A stretch of DNA of 31,027 bases from IMG/VR virus record IMGVR_UViG_3300024496_000079, positions 1 through 31,027 of that record; one strand, written 5' to 3'. The stretch is from a virus. Lineage: Duplodnaviria; Caudoviricetes. The notes beneath the pieces are model-generated. The model was not told the origin of the DNA and did not search any database. It saw only the letters and a program-made list of their open reading frames with translations. Of this stretch, positions 26,922 to 31,027 are shown one piece after another. Every line of letters starts with the position of its first letter. The first letter of the stretch is position 1. A program made the position numbers and the translations under genes.

Positions 26922-27660
26922 TTGCCACCTTCTTTTGTAGAAGTAGTGTCTCTTCAATCATGGGTTGAAGGACTTGTTTACCAAAATGCCCCGTAAACTC
27001 TGTGTTTCCAAAATGACCTAGATTGATCTCCGGGTCTACATAGATCTTGAATCCTGCCTCTGTTACACGATCACAGAACAGGTAGTCCTCGCCCATGTAT
27101 CCCTCTGGCGTTACCTTGAAATCAAATAAGGCATAGTGATGCTTGTTTTCTACATTGACCCAGTATTTCCATTCCGGGTGGTCTTTGATTAGCTTCTCGA
27201 TAACATGTCTGCGTATAAACATGAATCCTGTGCCAATCCGCTCTACCCGCAGAAGACCGTTTTCCGTCAGTTCTACGCCGCCATGCTCGTTGTAATAGAT
27301 GTCGGTAAAGAACTTCTGGTCTGCCGCTCTTCGAGGATAAGACCCGCACAGGACATCCCGGTCTGACCCAAGAGCCATAATCCGGAGAACGTCCTGATGT
27401 TTGAAATGAATATCCGAGTCAATAAACAACATCTCTGTGCAATCAGACTCCATGAACTGATTGACCAGAGAATTCCTAGCACGGGTGATGATTGAGCTAC
27501 CTGATAGGTGACCCAAGTGGATAGAAAACTTGTGCTTTAGAGAAGCCAGAGCAAGCTGTGGCAATTCATATGCAGAATGTATGCATATACGTCCGTCATA
27601 TGCCGGAATGGCAACAAACAGACTTCTCCCCGCCAGCACAAATTTCTTTTCCTCAACCAT
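26914..27660 (-). CDS. GT-A fold (GT2-like) glycosyltransferase
   Basis: VAIPAY, SIITRARN, MLFIDSDI (DxD), IGTGFMFIRR, GEDYLFC, LGHFG. ATG at 27660 preferred. Confidence 0.8.
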   Translation of the reverse strand: MVEEKKFVLAGRSLFVAIPAYDGRICIHSAYELPQLALASLKHKFSIHLGHLSGSSIITRARNSLVNQFMESDCTEMLFIDSDIHFKHQDVLRIMALGSDRDVLCGSYPRRAADQKFFTDIYYNEHGGVELTENGLLRVERIGTGFMFIRRHVIEKLIKDHPEWKYWVNVENKHHYALFDFKVTPEGYMGEDYLFCDRVTEAGFKIYVDPEINLGHFGNTEFTGHFGKQVLQPMIEETLLLQKKVANG

Positions 27661-27922
27661 AGAAGGCAACTCCTGCGACTGCTGCGCTGTTGGTAATCAC
27701 CAGACTTGTTTGCACAAGCACACCCTCACCGGGGAGCAGAACATAATTGGATTCTGCGCCGCCGATATTCAGGGTAAACAGGGTCGTAGCGTTGTCTTTG
27801 ACCGCAATGGTTCCCGCGCCAGTTGCGCTATACCACAGCCCCTTTAAACGGGTACGCCCGTTGTAAGCCGTGGTAGAGCCATTTGCCGCACAGGTTGCGC
27901 CTTTAACGTCTGTTTGCATCAT
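27653..27922 (-). CDS. Small beta-rich virion protein
   Basis: 89 aa with MQTDVK..RTRLKGL..LPGEGVL and RBS AAGGAGG. Confidence 0.65.
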   Translation of the reverse strand: MMQTDVKGATCAANGSTTAYNGRTRLKGLWYSATGAGTIAVKDNATTLFTLNIGGAESNYVLLPGEGVLVQTSLVITNSAAVAGVAFYG

Positions 27923-27937
27923 GGCGATGCCTCCTTA

Positions 27938-28438
27938 TTAGACGTTTTGCTGACCGAGGTACGGATCGGTGACGTAGTACAGGATCTGACCACTGATCGA
28001 ACCACCGGTTGGCGCGTCGCCAGTTGTGCCGCCGCCAGTAATTTTTACCATCTGGGTAGAGGAAATAACCGTGTTAAGGTCATCGCCTGCCGTAGCAGAT
28101 GCAAAATTAATAACTAGCTTGCCAGTGGTAGCAACAGCAGCAGCAACCAGACCGTTATCGTCAGACTGAGCAGTGTTGGTATAACCGATCCAGCCCATAT
28201 CAAAGGTGGGGGTCGTGCCGCCAGTAGCTGCACATAGAGCGTTAATTTGAACAACAACAGCGCCAACCGGAAGAATTACCGGGGCTGTATTGCTCGAAGA
28301 AACTTGAACCGCAACGCTGTTTGCGGATGCGCCCGAAATGTAAAATTCGGCAACCATCAGACCGGTGCCGCAATATGCGGTACGGGTTTGATCGCCGCCA
28401 CCCGAACGCCAGATGGATTGGGTAGTAGAGACTGCCAT
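27938..28438 (-). CDS. Putative capsid decoration / cement protein
   Basis: 166 aa, beta-rich (ILPVGAVV), first gene after the major capsid gene. Confidence 0.5.
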   Translation of the reverse strand: MAVSTTQSIWRSGGGDQTRTAYCGTGLMVAEFYISGASANSVAVQVSSSNTAPVILPVGAVVVQINALCAATGGTTPTFDMGWIGYTNTAQSDDNGLVAAAVATTGKLVINFASATAGDDLNTVISSTQMVKITGGGTTGDAPTGGSISGQILYYVTDPYLGQQNV

Positions 28439-28447
28439 GTTGTCCTC

Positions 28448-28520
28448 TCATGCGAGTTAGGTGTAAGCGATCTGCATGACGTTAGCCGGGTCTATTCGCA
28501 AACACCTGTTTAAACCCCGG
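28448..28520 (-). ncRNA. Candidate structured RNA: two hairpins with loop-loop pseudoknot
   Basis: On the minus strand, CCGGG(G)UUUA pairs with UAGACCCGG, UCAUGC pairs with GCAUGA, and loops AGGUGUuuGCGA and UCGCuuACACCU are complementary. Confidence 0.55.
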
Positions 28521-28529
28521 AATTACTAC

Positions 28530-28558
28530 TTTATATACCAGAAAAAAGGGGGCGTAAA
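28530..28558 (-). promoter_or_regulatory. Possible sigma70-type promoter overlapping the terminator
   Basis: TTTACG-N17-TATAAA on the minus strand. It would start transcription at about 28523, at the 5' end of the structured RNA. Confidence 0.35.
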
Positions 28559-28568
28559 GCCCCCCTTT
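28542..28568 (-). terminator. Rho-independent terminator after the major capsid gene
   Basis: Minus strand AAAGGGGGGC-TTTAC-GCCCCC-TTTTTT immediately after the capsid stop codon. Confidence 0.85.
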
Positions 28569-28570
28569 CC

Positions 28571-29479
28571 TTAGGCTCCGGGAGAGCCAAAGATGCCCAG
28601 CGGGTCGGATACGCCAAAGCTATAACGCTCACGAGCCTTATAACGGACGTTACCGGTGTCAAAGTCACCGTCCATACCGGTTTGCATCGGGGTACGAACA
28701 AAGTGCTTCAGACCGTTGGGGACATCAGTCATCAGGAACCAAGCGTTCGTGTCAGTCAGGTAGTGATTGACGCGATAGCCTTCCGGCACAGAGCCGTTGT
28801 TCTTGATTGCGTTGATGTCGTTGTCGTTGGTGCCGGCACGCAGTTCTGTTTCCAGCAGACGGGTCGCAACGAACTGAAGTGCCGGTGGCACAATCAGTTT
28901 CTTGGGACGCGCTGCGATCAGCAGACCACGTTCGTCAGTCCAAGCTGCGATCTGGATAACAGCATTTTCCAGCGAGGTCTCGTTCAGGTCAGCGCCTGTT
29001 GTCGGACGGTTGCTGTTGGTGCCACCAGAGATCAGCGGGTGAGCCGTGTTACACAGGGTCACGCCGTCGCCATAGGTAACTGCGGTGTTGAACGCATTGT
29101 TCAGCACGTAAGCTGCCTTGACTTGCTTGGTGTAAGCCATAGCGCGAGCCAGTGCTTTGGTGTAACGCTGCGACAGAGAGTCATAGAGGTTATCCTCAAT
29201 TGCCTCTTCGGTCAGCGAGAAACCAAGAACGATGGTCTCGTGGTTGTATCGAGCAGACCAAGCTTCCTGCGCATTGTCGTATGCCATTGCGCTGCCCTCG
29301 TTTTTAACGGGAGCGGCACTAAAGCCAGACAGCTTGGCTTCCTCTTCAAAGCTACGCTCCGAAGTTTCGGTTTCGTAGATCTCTTTATGCTCTTCGCCAT
29401 AGGTCTTGTACTCCAGACCGAACAGTGCGTTCAGACCGGGCAGAAGTTCCTTGAGCATTTGTGCGCGTGAAATTGCCAT
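28571..29479 (-). CDS. Major capsid protein (HK97 fold; BPP-1 / Mu gpT-like group)
   Basis: MAISRAQMLKELLPGLNALFGLEY...SERSFEE...K.EG...AHPL...LIVPPAL...NHYLTD..AWFL.TD...DFDTGNVRYKARERYSFG.SDP.GIFGSPGA. Strongly biased codons and a following terminator. Confidence 0.92.
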   Translation of the reverse strand: MAISRAQMLKELLPGLNALFGLEYKTYGEEHKEIYETETSERSFEEEAKLSGFSAAPVKNEGSAMAYDNAQEAWSARYNHETIVLGFSLTEEAIEDNLYDSLSQRYTKALARAMAYTKQVKAAYVLNNAFNTAVTYGDGVTLCNTAHPLISGGTNSNRPTTGADLNETSLENAVIQIAAWTDERGLLIAARPKKLIVPPALQFVATRLLETELRAGTNDNDINAIKNNGSVPEGYRVNHYLTDTNAWFLMTDVPNGLKHFVRTPMQTGMDGDFDTGNVRYKARERYSFGVSDPLGIFGSPGA

Positions 29480-29491
29480 GATTTACTCTCC

Positions 29492-30091
29492 TTATACACC
29501 AGTGGTGCTGTTGTACTGGTGAGTATTGATCTTGACGATCAATTCCACAAACGCATCCGCGCTAAGGGCAGTGCCGGGAACAACGTCGATAACACGCACC
29601 GGAAGGGTGTTGGTGGTAGCGTCGCTGCCAGACAGTACTGCAACCTTAGAGTCACCAGTTGTTGTCGAACCAGTATTCTGGACCAGTGCCATGTTTGAAC
29701 CGACTACAGCACGGCTCACACCAGTGGTGGTCACAGTAGTGCCAGACGAAACAACAGCAACTTTGAATGCAGCCATTGGGTCATCAATAACGTAACCCAG
29801 AGCAGCGTTAGAGCTAGTTGCTGACGATGCTGGGTAATACTGACCCTCAACAGGCTGACCAGAAGAGTTGACATAAGCACAACCGACCAGAACGCCGCAA
29901 GGAGTTGCATTGTCCGTGCCGGTATCGGCAACCAGATAGCCATTGCTGATCTTTACGGTATCGCCATAGAAAATGGCGGTAGCGTAGTTAGTTGCAATAG
30001 GAATCTGGCGAATCTGACCCGCATACGGCAAACCGTCAATACGATTGACAGCTTGTAGACCGTAAGGCGAGCTTACAGTGGGATAAGCCAT
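29492..30091 (-). CDS. Capsid-associated (minor capsid / decoration) protein
   Basis: 199 aa with PYGL, IFYGDTV, GVLVGC.Y, VIDDP..F, GSTTTGDS motifs, immediately upstream of the capsid gene. Confidence 0.65.
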   Translation of the reverse strand: MAYPTVSSPYGLQAVNRIDGLPYAGQIRQIPIATNYATAIFYGDTVKISNGYLVADTGTDNATPCGVLVGCAYVNSSGQPVEGQYYPASSATSSNAALGYVIDDPMAAFKVAVVSSGTTVTTTGVSRAVVGSNMALVQNTGSTTTGDSKVAVLSGSDATTNTLPVRVIDVVPGTALSADAFVELIVKINTHQYNSTTGV

Positions 30092-30107
30092 TTGTTGCTC
30101 CTAAAAA

Positions 30108-30563
30108 TTAACTAGATCTACCGAAAGTGACCTTTGAACGCTTCTCACTGAAGAGAGGCATCGCAGGATTACTTTCACGCATAAAGTTGTTGTCCACCGA
30201 CTCCATAAACGCTTGCGTTTGTTCGACAAAGTGAGCGTTACGTTGTTCGACGAATTCAACAGGGGTTTTGCAAAGAAGCAGACCACCAATCTGGATGCCA
30301 TCGGGAAAACGATTATCCGTTGACTTCAAGTGCATCATTCTTGGTTGTGTATGCGACTTTACAGGTTCCCAACCCTCGCGAAATTTGGAAGAAATGTTAA
30401 CGGGATCATCACGATTGAGCGTGCTGATACGAATCCAGCGGAAGGCATAGCCATCCTCAGGATCAGGTTCCGGAAGCAGTTGAGGTGGGGTCCAACGCTT
30501 GGGCCTCAGGTCTTTTTCTTCACGGCTCTCAGTGTTACGTTTCTCTCGTTTTTGATCATCCAT
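30108..30563 (-). CDS. Conserved head-module protein of unknown function
   Basis: WTPPQLLPEP.P.DGYAFRWIR...REGWEPV...IGGLLLCK.P, located between the scaffold and capsid genes. Confidence 0.65.
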   Translation of the reverse strand: MDDQKREKRNTESREEKDLRPKRWTPPQLLPEPDPEDGYAFRWIRISTLNRDDPVNISSKFREGWEPVKSHTQPRMMHLKSTDNRFPDGIQIGGLLLCKTPVEFVEQRNAHFVEQTQAFMESVDNNFMRESNPAMPLFSEKRSKVTFGRSS

Positions 30564-31026
30564 TTTGACTTCTCCTTAATCTCGCAGCCTCACGAGCGTA
30601 TTGTTCCAGCGGAACTCCAAGCCGCTTGGCGATGTTGACTTCAGACGGCGTAAGCGTGATCTTCTTTGGCGCAACGCTACGTGTTGCTGAAGCAACGACA
30701 TTTGATTTTGTAGGGCGCTGAGTAGGCGCATCAGCGGGTTCCTCGGACTCAAATTTATCCGGGAACACTTGGCGTAACCTAGCATTTAAGCGTCGGTAGT
30801 ACTCGTCACTTTGAGGGTCAACGTAGTCGTCGTTAACAAGTTTGTCATGCACAGCTAGGGCAAACGCGGTCATTTCCTTGTCTTTACCCCACCAGTGAAT
30901 GTTTCGCTGTTTCCACCTTTCGGCTTTCTCATCGACTTCTTCTGGCTTCTGTGCAACCGTTGGGAAACTTTCTTCCGGCTCCTGTTCAGGGGCTGGTTTA
31001 AAGTTACTCAGTCGTTCGGCTTTAAA
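30556..31026 (-). CDS. Putative capsid scaffolding protein (5' part outside window)
   Basis: The frame stays open to the window edge (FKAERL...WKQRNIHWWGKDKEMTAFA). The C-terminus ITLTPSEVNIAKRLGVPLEQYA is a helix-turn-helix-like capsid-binding end. Confidence 0.65.
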   Translation of the reverse strand, partial: FKAERLSNFKPAPEQEPEESFPTVAQKPEEVDEKAERWKQRNIHWWGKDKEMTAFALAVHDKLVNDDYVDPQSDEYYRRLNARLRQVFPDKFESEEPADAPTQRPTKSNVVASATRSVAPKKITLTPSEVNIAKRLGVPLEQYAREAARLRRSQNG

Positions 31027-31027
31027 C

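Larger units (their letters stand above)
3052..28515. repeat. Dispersed palindrome GTTTAAAC, nine perfect copies
   Basis: Starts at 3052, 5248, 8437, 18686, 22542, 22715, 23507, 26371 and 28508. Confidence 0.85.

Noticed and set aside
28448-28520. Hammerhead ribozyme or tRNA reading of the intergenic RNA
   Set aside because: It lacks the CUGANGA/GAAA core and any cloverleaf or T-loop. No tRNA or rRNA was seen in the window.
28682-29470. 262 aa plus-strand ORF antisense to the major capsid gene
   Set aside because: Shadow ORF expected from the strong codon bias of the capsid gene; no RBS or recognisable motif.
27-30638. The many short plus-strand ORFs in the track
   Set aside because: All overlap better-supported minus-strand genes and show no family motifs. 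The minus strand is almost fully tiled.

Overview
A 31 kb slice of the late (virion morphogenesis and lysis) region of a tailed dsDNA phage. It is probably a short-tailed, P22/BPP-1-like podophage of a Gram-negative host (it encodes spanins), of the kind common in aquatic metagenomes. All credible genes are on the minus strand and tightly packed. In transcription order (right to left) the genes are: (1) scaffold (partial), a conserved protein, a capsid-associated protein and the major capsid protein; (2) a terminator and a structured intergenic RNA; (3) small head proteins and a GT2-like glycosyltransferase; (4) an array of small Lys/Gly-rich proteins sharing xxGG motifs and a C-terminal ADGIAK[KR]GKTK tag; (5) an inserted endonuclease VII homing gene; (6) neck and tail proteins and two LamG-repeat fibres; (7) an enlarged lysis cassette (GH19 endolysin, holin candidates, Cys-rich lipoprotein, embedded spanin pair) with an AT-rich TraB/Tiki-like peptidase inserted; (8) the tail hub and internal/ejection proteins. 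The main leads are the tagged 'cargo' protein array with possible di-glycine processing, the strong over-representation of the palindrome GTTTAAAC, the kissing-loop RNA after the capsid gene, the TraB/Tiki-like protein in the lysis cassette, and a homing nuclease that recoded its target. All family calls are from motif recognition by eye, with no database searches.
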